From contig JAYZUZ010000019.1 in the NCBI GenBank assembly GCA_036156195.1, positions 82,680 through 114,679 on the forward strand: a stretch of DNA of 32,000 bases, given 5' to 3'. The notes under the pieces are model-generated. The model was not told the DNA's origin and did not search any database. It saw only the letters and a list, made by a program, of their open reading frames with translations. Shown here in pieces: positions 1 to 7,931 of this stretch (position 1 is its first letter; the number at the start of each line of letters is the position of its first letter). Made by a program: the position numbers and the translations under genes. Origin of the DNA: Pseudomonadota bacterium (lineage in GTDB: Bacteria; Pseudomonadota; Gammaproteobacteria; Nevskiales; OUC007).

Positions 1-1522
1 CGGGGGAAAAACGTGCTTGTACATCGCGAGCGTCTCGCTGTCGTACGGGGAGCCCAAACCGGCCGAGCCGTTCTCGGCGGATGGACTGCCCGGCTGACAG
101 GCTGGAGAAGTCAGCGGCCATGAGTGGCGCATGGCGCCCCCGATCCCGGGCCAGCGGACGTCCGCGGAGGTCCCGTTCCCACTCGAGAGGTGACAGCCCA
201 ATACGAGGTGAGCGAACGATCACGTCTTCGGGCTGGACAACTTCCCCCGCCCGCTTGTCTCGCACGAGGTAGAGCCCCTTCTCAAGCGCGACTGCGTTGA
301 GCACCTCGCCTTGGGATACCGAGCGTGACGGACCGCTATCAGCTTCGATCGCTTCCGCTGCATCGTCAAGCTGCGCGCAGAGCAGCGCAAGTTCTTCGGG
401 CAGCAGCGAAGCGGAATGGTCCATGCCCTCCTGAGAGCGATCCAGCGTCAGATGTTTCTCAATGACCACGCACCCACGGCTCGCCGCGATGAGCGGAATA
501 TGCGTACCTCGCTCATGTCCGGAATAACCCACCAGACCACTGGGTGACAGACGGCGCAAGGTATCGACAAATGCCAGCTGTACATCGGAAAACGCGGTGG
601 GGTACGTTGAGTTGGTGTGTAGGAAGGTGCAATCGATATAGGCACGACGTAGTTGTGCAGCCACGTACTCAATGTCGACGGCCGTATTCATGCCAGTTGA
701 CATGAGCACCGGCACGTCCGCGTGGACGAGATCTCGATGCAGGATCAGGTTGGAGAAGTCGGCAGAAGCGATCTTGATGCCATCCGGCCTATACTCCAAG
801 AGCCAGCGCAAGCTGGGGGTGTCAAATGGGGTGCAGACAGCCGCCAAACCGAGTGAGCGTGCATAGTCCATTAGCTCGGCAATCTGGGCATGCGACAGAT
901 TGAAGCGCGCGAGCTGTCGAATGGTGTATGCCGTCGAGTAATCCGTAGCGCGAAGATATGCCTCGTCGAGGGACACGTAGAGTTCAGAAAGGCAGCGAGC
1001 CTGAAACTTGACCGCATTTGCGCCCGCAGCCGCGGCCGCATCAACCAACTTCCGTGCTGTATCCATCGAGCCGTTGTGATTGTTGCCAATCTCGGCGATG
1101 ACGAAGGGCCGGCTACCCGGGCGGTAGCGCTTTCCCGCGATCTCGAGACCAAGATCGCGCGTGCGTTCAAATACACGTGTGCATTGACCATGCTGGTCAA
1201 GCACCGGAATGACGTTGCCCAATTGCTTATCGAACTGCATCAGATGCTGGGCGTAGTCGTCCCCAATATGCAGTCGTTCGAACGAACCGTTCCACTTGAC
1301 GATCGCTTCTGGCGAAACATTGCCCGCAATGGCGCGGATGAGATCGCCTCGGCTACAACTCCCCACGCAGACACCGTCATCATTCGTGGCGAACACGGTG
1401 TTAACCTGAGCGTCCGAGAAACGGACTGCGACGTCCCGCACCGTAGCGGTCTGTGGCAAGAGAAACTGATCTGGTCGGGTTCGCAGACTCCAAGTCTGTC
1501 GAGTCGAACTGCCAATGGTCAT
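1..1522 (-). CDS. CBS-pair domain fused to a NeuB-family (sialic/nonulosonic acid) synthase with SAF domain; 3' end runs off the window (at least 507 aa)
   Basis: Not in the ORF track because there is no stop inside the window. Manual reverse-complement translation from ATG 1522-1520 stays open to position 1: MTIGSSTRQTWSLRTRPDQFLLPQTATVRDVAVRF... The N-terminal ~125 aa look like tandem CBS motifs. NeuB hallmarks follow: PFVIAEIGNNHNGS, ANAVKFQ, GIKIASADFSN, VLMSTGM, LHTNSTYPTAFSDVQL, GYSGHERG, VVIEKHLTLDRSQEGMDHSASLLPEEL. A SAF-like segment comes next (GEVVQPEDVIVRSPRIGLSP), and about 45 further residues continue off the window. The ATG overlaps the upstream stop (ATGA). Confidence 0.85.
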   Translation of the reverse strand, partial: MTIGSSTRQTWSLRTRPDQFLLPQTATVRDVAVRFSDAQVNTVFATNDDGVCVGSCSRGDLIRAIAGNVSPEAIVKWNGSFERLHIGDDYAQHLMQFDKQLGNVIPVLDQHGQCTRVFERTRDLGLEIAGKRYRPGSRPFVIAEIGNNHNGSMDTARKLVDAAAAAGANAVKFQARCLSELYVSLDEAYLRATDYSTAYTIRQLARFNLSHAQIAELMDYARSLGLAAVCTPFDTPSLRWLLEYRPDGIKIASADFSNLILHRDLVHADVPVLMSTGMNTAVDIEYVAAQLRRAYIDCTFLHTNSTYPTAFSDVQLAFVDTLRRLSPSGLVGYSGHERGTHIPLIAASRGCVVIEKHLTLDRSQEGMDHSASLLPEELALLCAQLDDAAEAIEADSGPSRSVSQGEVLNAVALEKGLYLVRDKRAGEVVQPEDVIVRSPRIGLSPLEWERDLRGRPLARDRGRHAPLMAADFSSLSAGQSIRRERLGRFGLPVRQRDARDVQARFSP

Positions 1523-2961
1523 GCGCGAAGTCTCCCGTGCTGCCGATCAGACCGGGTCTGCTGCCAGGCTTTCAGCGCCGCGCGAATGTCTGTCTCTGAC
1601 TCTGCATACTGGCATTGCTGTCCGTCGATGTAATCCGCCAATCCCTCCCGGGCATTTGGATGGATAAACAGGCAACGCTTCCCGAGCTGCAGCGACTCCA
1701 CCCCCACCGTCGAAAATCCCGTAATGCAGAGCGAACTACGTGCGAGGACAGCCTCAATCGGCTCGGCTTCAGGCATCTGGACCACGAGGGACCCTTGGTA
1801 AGGGGCGTCCTCAAAGGTGCGTCGAATCAGCTCAGCAGAATCAGTATCCCGAGGATGCAGTCTGACAATCACCTCGGTCTCTGGATCGAGACAGCCAAGC
1901 GCCGGAATCAACGCCACATTGAAAGTGACGGGCCACTCTTGGAGCGCGATGAGAATCCGGCTTCCCTCACTAGGTTGATCCGCAACTGGATGGTGAGTCC
2001 TTAGGCGTTCCAGCCACAGGTTCCCTGTAACCCGCGCACAAAAACCGGCACTAGGGTAGAGAGACATCCACCGCGTCGCTCGCCGCTTCGCAACATCGTC
2101 CCACACGCGAAACTCTCGGGGTAACGTCGTGGCGGTGCTCAGATCAACGGGCATGTCCTGCAACGCGTACATCGGATGCTCATCATTTTGAATACCGTGC
2201 TGATACTCTGAGGGGGTACATCCACGCAGATGGGCCGATGCGGTCAACGCCATCGCGTCGACCGTGTAGTAAACAACGGACACAAGCTCACAGTCCGGTG
2301 CAAATCGGATGAACCAGCTATACAGCCGGCGCACCCCCCGCGCACGATCAAGGTGACGTTCGACTCGGCGGGAGAACTGACGTCGAGTCAAGCCAACGGG
2401 CAAGGCATGGAGTTCACCCAGAGCATCGGTGACAAGCTGCGCGGGCTCTCGTGATCCTCGCGAGAACACCGTCATCAATCGTTGTAGGAGCAACACCACC
2501 AAACTGATATTGATAATCGGTACGCCATCCGGCGACCGATAGAAAGCCGGACCCAGCCCGGTTTCGAGCATAAGCACACGACCATGTGACGCGGCCCAAT
2601 CACGAACAACGCTGTCTGCGTGTTTACTGACCGCGGAATCTCCTGATCGTCCGAACGCGCGGTGCGAGGCTGGCACTACCACGCAACGCGTCGGCTTCAT
2701 GCGCCGTAAGCGCAGCAAATTCGGCAAAAACAACAACAGCTGCCACGAACCGTATCGGAACAGCGCCACCAACGACCGTGGCTTCTTCCGCCCCCGGCGC
2801 CGCAGGTGCTCAAAAAGAAAGACTCGCACGGCTAGGTGCAGGTCAGCTTCCAGATACCCACGCCGGACAAGCGCACAGAGCACCTCGGAAATCGTGGCGC
2901 GCAACTGTGCTCCGGATACCATTCGTCCTTCAGTGCCTACGCTTTGAAATAGCCACGTCAC
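1519..2961 (-). CDS. Hypothetical protein, 480 aa; C-terminal half resembles a GT-B-type transferase (possible capsule/ulosonic-acid or TagF-like transferase)
   Basis: Long ORF in the track. The GTG start overlaps the upstream stop (GTGA). An alternative ATG at 2922 is preceded by GAAGGA. Motifs seen: EYQHG, VRLHPRD and SSLCITGFSTVGVESLQLGKRCLFIHP, which recall the HP and S-T-x-G-x-E-x-L-x-x-G-K signatures of KpsS/KpsC-, sialyltransferase- and TagF-like GT-B enzymes. No family could be assigned without a search. Confidence 0.6.
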   Translation of the reverse strand: MTWLFQSVGTEGRMVSGAQLRATISEVLCALVRRGYLEADLHLAVRVFLFEHLRRRGRKKPRSLVALFRYGSWQLLLFLPNLLRLRRMKPTRCVVVPASHRAFGRSGDSAVSKHADSVVRDWAASHGRVLMLETGLGPAFYRSPDGVPIINISLVVLLLQRLMTVFSRGSREPAQLVTDALGELHALPVGLTRRQFSRRVERHLDRARGVRRLYSWFIRFAPDCELVSVVYYTVDAMALTASAHLRGCTPSEYQHGIQNDEHPMYALQDMPVDLSTATTLPREFRVWDDVAKRRATRWMSLYPSAGFCARVTGNLWLERLRTHHPVADQPSEGSRILIALQEWPVTFNVALIPALGCLDPETEVIVRLHPRDTDSAELIRRTFEDAPYQGSLVVQMPEAEPIEAVLARSSLCITGFSTVGVESLQLGKRCLFIHPNAREGLADYIDGQQCQYAESETDIRAALKAWQQTRSDRQHGRLRA

Positions 2962-3992
2962 GATGCGAAGGCTGTTAGTGATCGATAAATGGTGTCGGTC
3001 ACGTCGCAGGTGTCTTCAAGCAAGCGAAGCCGCCGCAGCTGGGCCTCTTTAGGTACGAGCGCCAACACTTTTTCAATCCCTCGGCTGACTGCTGCCGGAT
3101 CCGTGGACCCAACAACCCTTACGAGACCGTAGCGCCTCTCGATGTCATCCAGATAACCGCGTGAAACTTGAGCTGCGTAGAGAGCCGGCACCCCAAGAAC
3201 CGCGCTCTCTGACGCAAGCGTTGCGCTCTCGCCGATGCAAGCTCGGCAGAACGCCAACAGATGGTGCAGATGCTCCGGGCGGCCTTGGTAAACCCGGTCG
3301 GCCAAATCTGAAGGCAACGGGGATTCGGTAGATATGATGACCCGGCCCTTGCGCTCCAGCAGTGCCACGACGGTCCGCAGCGTCGATTCCGACCAGCCTG
3401 CTTCGCCCACATCGTGATTCGCCTGCCAGGAAACGACTCGCACCAGAAATGTGTCGCCCTCTGCTGCCAGCCCACAGCGTGACTGAGCAATCTCGTGGCT
3501 CGGCTCAAAGTATTCAGGCCGCAAGTATGCGAGTTCGTGGTAGCCGCGATAACGCACGGTCCGGCGGGACGGCGTCCAAGCTGTGTAGCAATCCGGCACA
3601 TAAAGCCGCGTTGCAGCCGGGTAGGTCAGGCTGTTCTGCAGCGTCGCGTGCTCGGTGTCATAAAAAATCACGGATGGGCGACGACATAGAACCCCCGCAT
3701 GTGCAGCGAAGATCCCCCCTACGCCGGTGAGTAGGTCCGGCTTCTCTGCCCGGACAAAGGACACGAGAGCACGCAATCGACTGAGATACTCCCAGCCCAT
3801 ACCATGTAGTCGCCCATCGTTCTGTCTGGAAAGACAACAATGGTCCGCGCCAATGGCATCCAAGAGCTCAACTGCACAGTCTTTTTCTCTGCTCGTGACC
3901 AGAACCTGGTGCCCTGCTTCGATCAGTCGTTGACAGACGTGCCGATAGAAATGAACGTGCGCGGGGTGGCCTATATCAACGAGGACTTTCAA
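2958..3992 (-). CDS. DUF354-like protein (GT-B / UDP-GlcNAc 2-epimerase-like fold family of unknown function)
   Basis: The ORF track gives 2958..4025 (ATG). I prefer TTG at 3992 because AAGGAGG (3998-4004 on the plus strand, read as reverse complement) lies 5 nt upstream. That start gives (M)KVLVDIGHPAHVHFYRHV, the N-terminus I recall as typical of DUF354 proteins. The C-terminal GESATLASESAVLGVPALY is a GT-B-like nucleotide-sugar binding motif. Confidence 0.75.
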   Translation of the reverse strand: MKVLVDIGHPAHVHFYRHVCQRLIEAGHQVLVTSREKDCAVELLDAIGADHCCLSRQNDGRLHGMGWEYLSRLRALVSFVRAEKPDLLTGVGGIFAAHAGVLCRRPSVIFYDTEHATLQNSLTYPAATRLYVPDCYTAWTPSRRTVRYRGYHELAYLRPEYFEPSHEIAQSRCGLAAEGDTFLVRVVSWQANHDVGEAGWSESTLRTVVALLERKGRVIISTESPLPSDLADRVYQGRPEHLHHLLAFCRACIGESATLASESAVLGVPALYAAQVSRGYLDDIERRYGLVRVVGSTDPAAVSRGIEKVLALVPKEAQLRRLRLLEDTCDVTDTIYRSLTAFAS

Positions 3993-4028
3993 CCCCGCCT
4001 CCTTGCACGTGGGCGTACCCCACATCGC

Positions 4029-5303
4029 TCATAAGCGTTCAACACAGTCCGCATTACTGTCCTCATCCGACAGCGTGCCTGGAACATCAAAAACGACGCC
4101 TCCTGGGTGGGACCAAGCCTTCACACATCGAAGATCGACGGCCGCGAACGCCTCGTGGCCTACCGCAATAAGAGTTCCTGCAATATCAGAAAGCTGCTCC
4201 AACGGGAGCACGCGAATTCCGTGCTCCTGCAGCAATTTTTGTGGATCAACCACGGGATCCACCACCAGGGGCTCTATCCCGTATTGCCTCAGTTCTTCAA
4301 TGAGATCGAACACCCGAGAGTTGCGTGTGTCCGGGCAGTTCGCCTTGAACGAGAGCCCCAACACCGCGACACGTGCGCCTTGGACAACGAATCCCGCTCG
4401 AATGAGTTGTTTTACAAGACGAGAGGCGACGTATTGTCCGAACGTATCGTTAATTCGACGACCAGCCAAGATAACTTCGGGGTGATAGCCAACCGTTTCG
4501 GCCTTATACGTCAAGTAATATGGGTCTACACCGATGCAATGCCCCCCAACCAGACCAGGTCGGAAGGGCAAGAAATTCCATTTGGTACCGGCCGTTTCAA
4601 GCACGTCCAGCGTGTCGATTCCGAGGCGATGGAATATGATCGCAAGTTCGTTCATCAGAGCGATATTAAGATCACGCTGCGTGTTCTCGATCACCTTCGC
4701 CGCTTCCGCCACTCGGATAGATTTCGCTCTGTAAATTCCAGCCTCGACAACCCGTTCGTACAAGGCTGCCACCCTTTCCAAGGTTTCCGCATCTTCCGCA
4801 GACACAACTTTCACAGTCGTTCGCAGCGAGTGCTCACGGTCTCCGGGATTAATGCGTTCCGGAGAGTATGCGAGCTTGAAATCCACACCTCTCTTAAGAC
4901 CGGAGGCTTGCTCGAGCAACGGTGCCAAAACCTCATCCGTCAGACCGGGATACACCGTGGATTCCAGTACGACGATCACGCCCTTTTTTAGATTCTTGCC
5001 AACGCTTCTGGCCGCGCTCGTCAGTGGGCTCAAATCTGGCTGACGCGCGTCGGTCACAGGTGTTGGCACGGTAATGATGACGATATCCGCTTCGCAGATT
5101 TGCGCGGGGTCGCCTGTGAACTCAGCATGCGCTGCAGAATTAAACGCGCTTGGTGGAGACTCCCCCGTCGGATCCGACCCCGCCTTCAGAGCCAGAATCC
5201 GCTGTTGATCGGTATCGATCCCAATGGTCCGCGTCAGCTGACCGAACGCAAGTGCCAGCGGCAGGCCAACGTAGCCAAGGCCAACTACAGCAATGGTTTC
5301 CAA
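4029..5303 (-). CDS. Nucleotide-sugar dehydrogenase, TviB/WbpO/WbpA-type UDP-N-acetylhexosamine 6-dehydrogenase family
   Basis: 424 aa with a TTG start preceded by GGGGGAAGG. Rossmann motif VVGLGYVGLPLALAFG. Long near-identical blocks match my recollection of TviB/VipA: YSPERINPGD, KVAEAAKVIENTQRDLNIALMNELAIIF, KWNFLPFRPGLVGGHCIGVDPYYL, ILAGRRIND. Confidence 0.9.
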   Translation of the reverse strand: METIAVVGLGYVGLPLALAFGQLTRTIGIDTDQQRILALKAGSDPTGESPPSAFNSAAHAEFTGDPAQICEADIVIITVPTPVTDARQPDLSPLTSAARSVGKNLKKGVIVVLESTVYPGLTDEVLAPLLEQASGLKRGVDFKLAYSPERINPGDREHSLRTTVKVVSAEDAETLERVAALYERVVEAGIYRAKSIRVAEAAKVIENTQRDLNIALMNELAIIFHRLGIDTLDVLETAGTKWNFLPFRPGLVGGHCIGVDPYYLTYKAETVGYHPEVILAGRRINDTFGQYVASRLVKQLIRAGFVVQGARVAVLGLSFKANCPDTRNSRVFDLIEELRQYGIEPLVVDPVVDPQKLLQEHGIRVLPLEQLSDIAGTLIAVGHEAFAAVDLRCVKAWSHPGGVVFDVPGTLSDEDSNADCVERL

Positions 5304-5350
5304 ATTGCCTTCCCCCGTGCAGGCACGCGATGTTCACGCGCCCCAGAAAC

Positions 5351-5378
5351 GACATCGGGCGCCGAAGCGCCCGATGTC
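5351..5378 (-). terminator. Stem-loop downstream of rplQ (candidate alpha-operon terminator)
   Basis: Perfect 12-bp inverted repeat GACATCGGGCGC / GCGCCCGATGTC with a 4-nt loop, 24 nt after the rplQ stop. On the minus strand it is followed only by the weak U tract GTTTCT. Confidence 0.6.
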
Positions 5379-5401
5379 ATTATGCCTTGTTACGCCCCGA
5401 C

Positions 5402-5791
5402 TTAGGAGGCGTCGGCTTCGTTGTCGGTGCCGACCGGACGGTCCACAAGCTCAACGTACGCCATGGGCGCATTGTCACCAGGACGGAATCCACACTTGAG
5501 GATCCGGATATAGCCACCCGGACGCTCCTTGTAGCGCGGACCGAGATCGGTGAACAGCTTGCCGACGGTCTTCTTGTCACGCAGACGGTCGAAAGTGATC
5601 CGGCGATTGTGCACGGAGTCTTCCTTGGCGCGCGTGATCAGCGGTTCAGCGAAACGACGCAGTTCCTTGGCCTTCGGCAAGGTGGTGCGAATCATTTCGT
5701 GCTCGAAAAGCGAGTTGGCCAGGTTCTGCATCATCGACTTGCGATGACCCTGCTCACGTCCGAAATTGGTTCCAGCGTTACGATGCCGCAT
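5402..5791 (-). CDS. rplQ: 50S ribosomal protein L17
   Basis: 129 aa, [46 protein letters not shown], and position after rpoA. Confidence 0.97.
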   Translation of the reverse strand: MRHRNAGTNFGREQGHRKSMMQNLANSLFEHEMIRTTLPKAKELRRFAEPLITRAKEDSVHNRRITFDRLRDKKTVGKLFTDLGPRYKERPGGYIRILKCGFRPGDNAPMAYVELVDRPVGTDNEADAS

Positions 5792-5819
5792 GGCTCTCTA
5801 TCTCCAGTCCCGGCCTGAT

Positions 5820-6815
5820 TTAGGCCGATTCGCCGGCGCCGACTTTCGGAGGCGTCCAGCTGTCCAGTTCCATACCCAGACCCAGGCCGTGGCTTTCCAG
5901 CACTTCCTTGATCTCGTTCAGTGATTTCTTGCCAAGATTCGGCGTCTTCATCAGCTCTGTCTCGGTGCGCTGCACGAGATCTCCAATGAAGTACACGTTC
6001 TCCGCCTTCAGGCAGTTAGCCGAACGGACGGTGAGGTCTAGTTCGTCAATTGGCTTCAGAAGCATCGGATTGATGACTTCCTGAGGCTCTTCCACCGTGG
6101 CTGCTGCTTCAGCATCCAGGTCAACGAATACAGCAACCTGATCCCGGAGAATCTGAGCAGCTGTTTGCACCGCATCGCCAGCGTCCACGCTACCGTTGGT
6201 TTCGATATCGAGAATCAGCTTGTCGAGGTCGGTGCGCTGTTCAACACGGGCGCGCTCAACTGCGTAGCTGACACGACGAACCGGTGAGAACGAAGCGTCT
6301 AGTCGCAGACGACCCACACCGGAGCCTTCTTCCTCGCTGACTTTGGCAACGCTTGCGGCCGGCTGGTAGCCACGACCGGACGCAATCTTGAGGACCATCG
6401 AGAGCTTGCCGCCGGTCAGGTTCGCAATCACATGATCCGGATTCACGATTTCGACATCATGATCAATCGTGATGTCACCTGCCGTAACCACACCGTCGCC
6501 GTCCTTGGAAAGACGGAGCTCAGCCGTCTCGCGTGCGTTCAAGCGCACTGCGACACCCTTGAGGTTCAGCAGGATGTCCATGACATCTTCCTGAACACCC
6601 TCGATGGTGGTGTACTCGTGCAGCACGCCTTCAATTTCCGCTTCCACGATCGCCGCGCCGGGGATCGAAGACAACAGGATGCGGCGCAGCGCATTACCCA
6701 GCGTGTGGCCGTAGCCACGCTCCAGCGGCTCGATGGCCACGCGGGCGCGCGTGTCAGAAACCTGATCGACGTCAACGCGACGAGGTTTCAGCAAGTCTTT
6801 TGAGGGACCGGTCAT
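5820..6815 (-). CDS. rpoA: DNA-directed RNA polymerase subunit alpha
   Basis: 331 aa with [26 protein letters not shown] and the C-terminal domain [20 protein letters not shown]. Confidence 0.98.
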   Translation of the reverse strand: MTGPSKDLLKPRRVDVDQVSDTRARVAIEPLERGYGHTLGNALRRILLSSIPGAAIVEAEIEGVLHEYTTIEGVQEDVMDILLNLKGVAVRLNARETAELRLSKDGDGVVTAGDITIDHDVEIVNPDHVIANLTGGKLSMVLKIASGRGYQPAASVAKVSEEEGSGVGRLRLDASFSPVRRVSYAVERARVEQRTDLDKLILDIETNGSVDAGDAVQTAAQILRDQVAVFVDLDAEAAATVEEPQEVINPMLLKPIDELDLTVRSANCLKAENVYFIGDLVQRTETELMKTPNLGKKSLNEIKEVLESHGLGLGMELDSWTPPKVGAGESA

Positions 6816-6906
6816 AGGTAACGTACCTCACTAACCAACACAAAGCGGGCCCGAGGGCCCGACTATGGGGCGCGGCGTCATGACCTGACGCCGACACCAA
6901 GATGTA

Positions 6907-7527
6907 TTACTTCGAGTAGAGCTCGACGACGAGATTCTCGTTGATATCCGGCAGGATCTGATCACGATCCGGACGCGTTTTAAACGTGCCGGTGAGCTTC
7001 TTGTCATCGACTTCCATCCACTCGGGGAAACCGAGCTGAGAAGCGACTTCAAGTGCTGCCTGAATCCGTGTCTGCTTGCGAGCCTTCTCACGAATCTCCA
7101 CCACATCGCCAGGGCTGACCTGGAAAGAGGGGATGTTCACGACCTGGCCGTTCACGACGATGCACTTGTGGTTCACAAGCTGGCGCGCTTCGGCGCGGGT
7201 CGAACCAAAGCCCATGCGATACACAACATTATCCAGACGGCATTCGAGCATCTGGAGCAGCAGCAGGCCGGTCGAACCCTTTTGGGACGCTGCCTTCTTG
7301 TAGTAGTTGCGGAACTGACGCTCCAGCACACCGTACATGTGCTTCAACTTCTGCTTTTCGTGCAGCTGCAGCGCATAGTCCGACAAACGCTGCCGGCGGC
7401 TACCATGCATGCCAGGCGGCGTATCAATGCGGCACTTGGTTTCAATCGAGCGTCCGCGTCCTTTCAGGAACAAATCCGTTCCGGAACGACGCGACTGCTT
7501 GCACTTGGGTCCTGTGTACTTCGCCAT
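6907..7527 (-). CDS. rpsD: 30S ribosomal protein S4
   Basis: 206 aa, [22 protein letters not shown]..., in alpha-operon order. Confidence 0.97.
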   Translation of the reverse strand: MAKYTGPKCKQSRRSGTDLFLKGRGRSIETKCRIDTPPGMHGSRRQRLSDYALQLHEKQKLKHMYGVLERQFRNYYKKAASQKGSTGLLLLQMLECRLDNVVYRMGFGSTRAEARQLVNHKCIVVNGQVVNIPSFQVSPGDVVEIREKARKQTRIQAALEVASQLGFPEWMEVDDKKLTGTFKTRPDRDQILPDINENLVVELYSK

Positions 7528-7530
7528 GTC

Positions 7531-7920
7531 TTAAACCCGACGCTTCTTCGGAGGACGGCAGCCGTTATGCGGAATCGGCGTGACGTCTGCGATATTGGTG
7601 ATGCGGAAGCCGACATTGTTCAACGCGCGAACAGCCGACTCACGACCCGGGCCTGGGCCCTTGACACGAACTTCGAGGTTTTTCACCCCGTGCTCCGCGG
7701 CGGCATTGCCAGCCTTCTCTGCTGCGATCTGCGCGGCAAACGGCGTGGACTTACGGGAGCCCTTAAAACCGCTACCACCGGCAGTCGCCCAGGACAACGC
7801 ATTGCCCTGACGATCGGTGATCGTGATGATGGTGTTGTTGAACGTTGCGTGGACGTGCGCGATGCCGTCAGCAATGTTCTTTTTGACCCGCTTCCGCGGA
7901 CGCGCTTGAGCCTTGGCCAT
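7531..7920 (-). CDS. rpsK: 30S ribosomal protein S11
   Basis: 129 aa with [30 protein letters not shown]. Confidence 0.97.
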   Translation of the reverse strand: MAKAQARPRKRVKKNIADGIAHVHATFNNTIITITDRQGNALSWATAGGSGFKGSRKSTPFAAQIAAEKAGNAAAEHGVKNLEVRVKGPGPGRESAVRALNNVGFRITNIADVTPIPHNGCRPPKKRRV

Positions 7921-7931
7921 GTCTGACTAAC

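Noticed and set aside
448-1633. Fragmentary ORFs in the track (448..672 -, 871..1200 -, 1240..1515 -, 890..1633 +). Together they suggest a frameshifted pseudogene or a plus-strand gene.
   Set aside because: Manual translation shows a single intact minus-strand frame (1522 down to 1) with continuous CBS and NeuB motifs. The listed ORFs are out-of-frame or antisense artefacts. The real ORF is absent from the track only because its stop lies outside the window.
4107-4991. 294-aa plus-strand ORF, plus the plus-strand ORFs at 4003..4485 and 5150..5818.
   Set aside because: They are antisense to the TviB/WbpO-type dehydrogenase and to rplQ, both strongly supported by homology motifs, and have no motifs of their own.
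1-5303. Possibility that the sugar module is a recently acquired genomic island.
   Set aside because: By-eye GC sampling gives about 48-60% here versus 55-63% in the core region, which is only a mild difference. No flanking tRNA, integrase, IS element or direct repeats are visible in the window. This cannot be decided without whole-genome composition and synteny comparison.
5379-5384. CATAAT (-10-like hexamer, minus strand) just upstream of the rplQ terminator hairpin, considered as a promoter for the sugar module.
   Set aside because: No acceptable -35 lies at 16-18 nt (TCCTAA). The transcript would also begin inside the terminator stem, so the support is insufficient.
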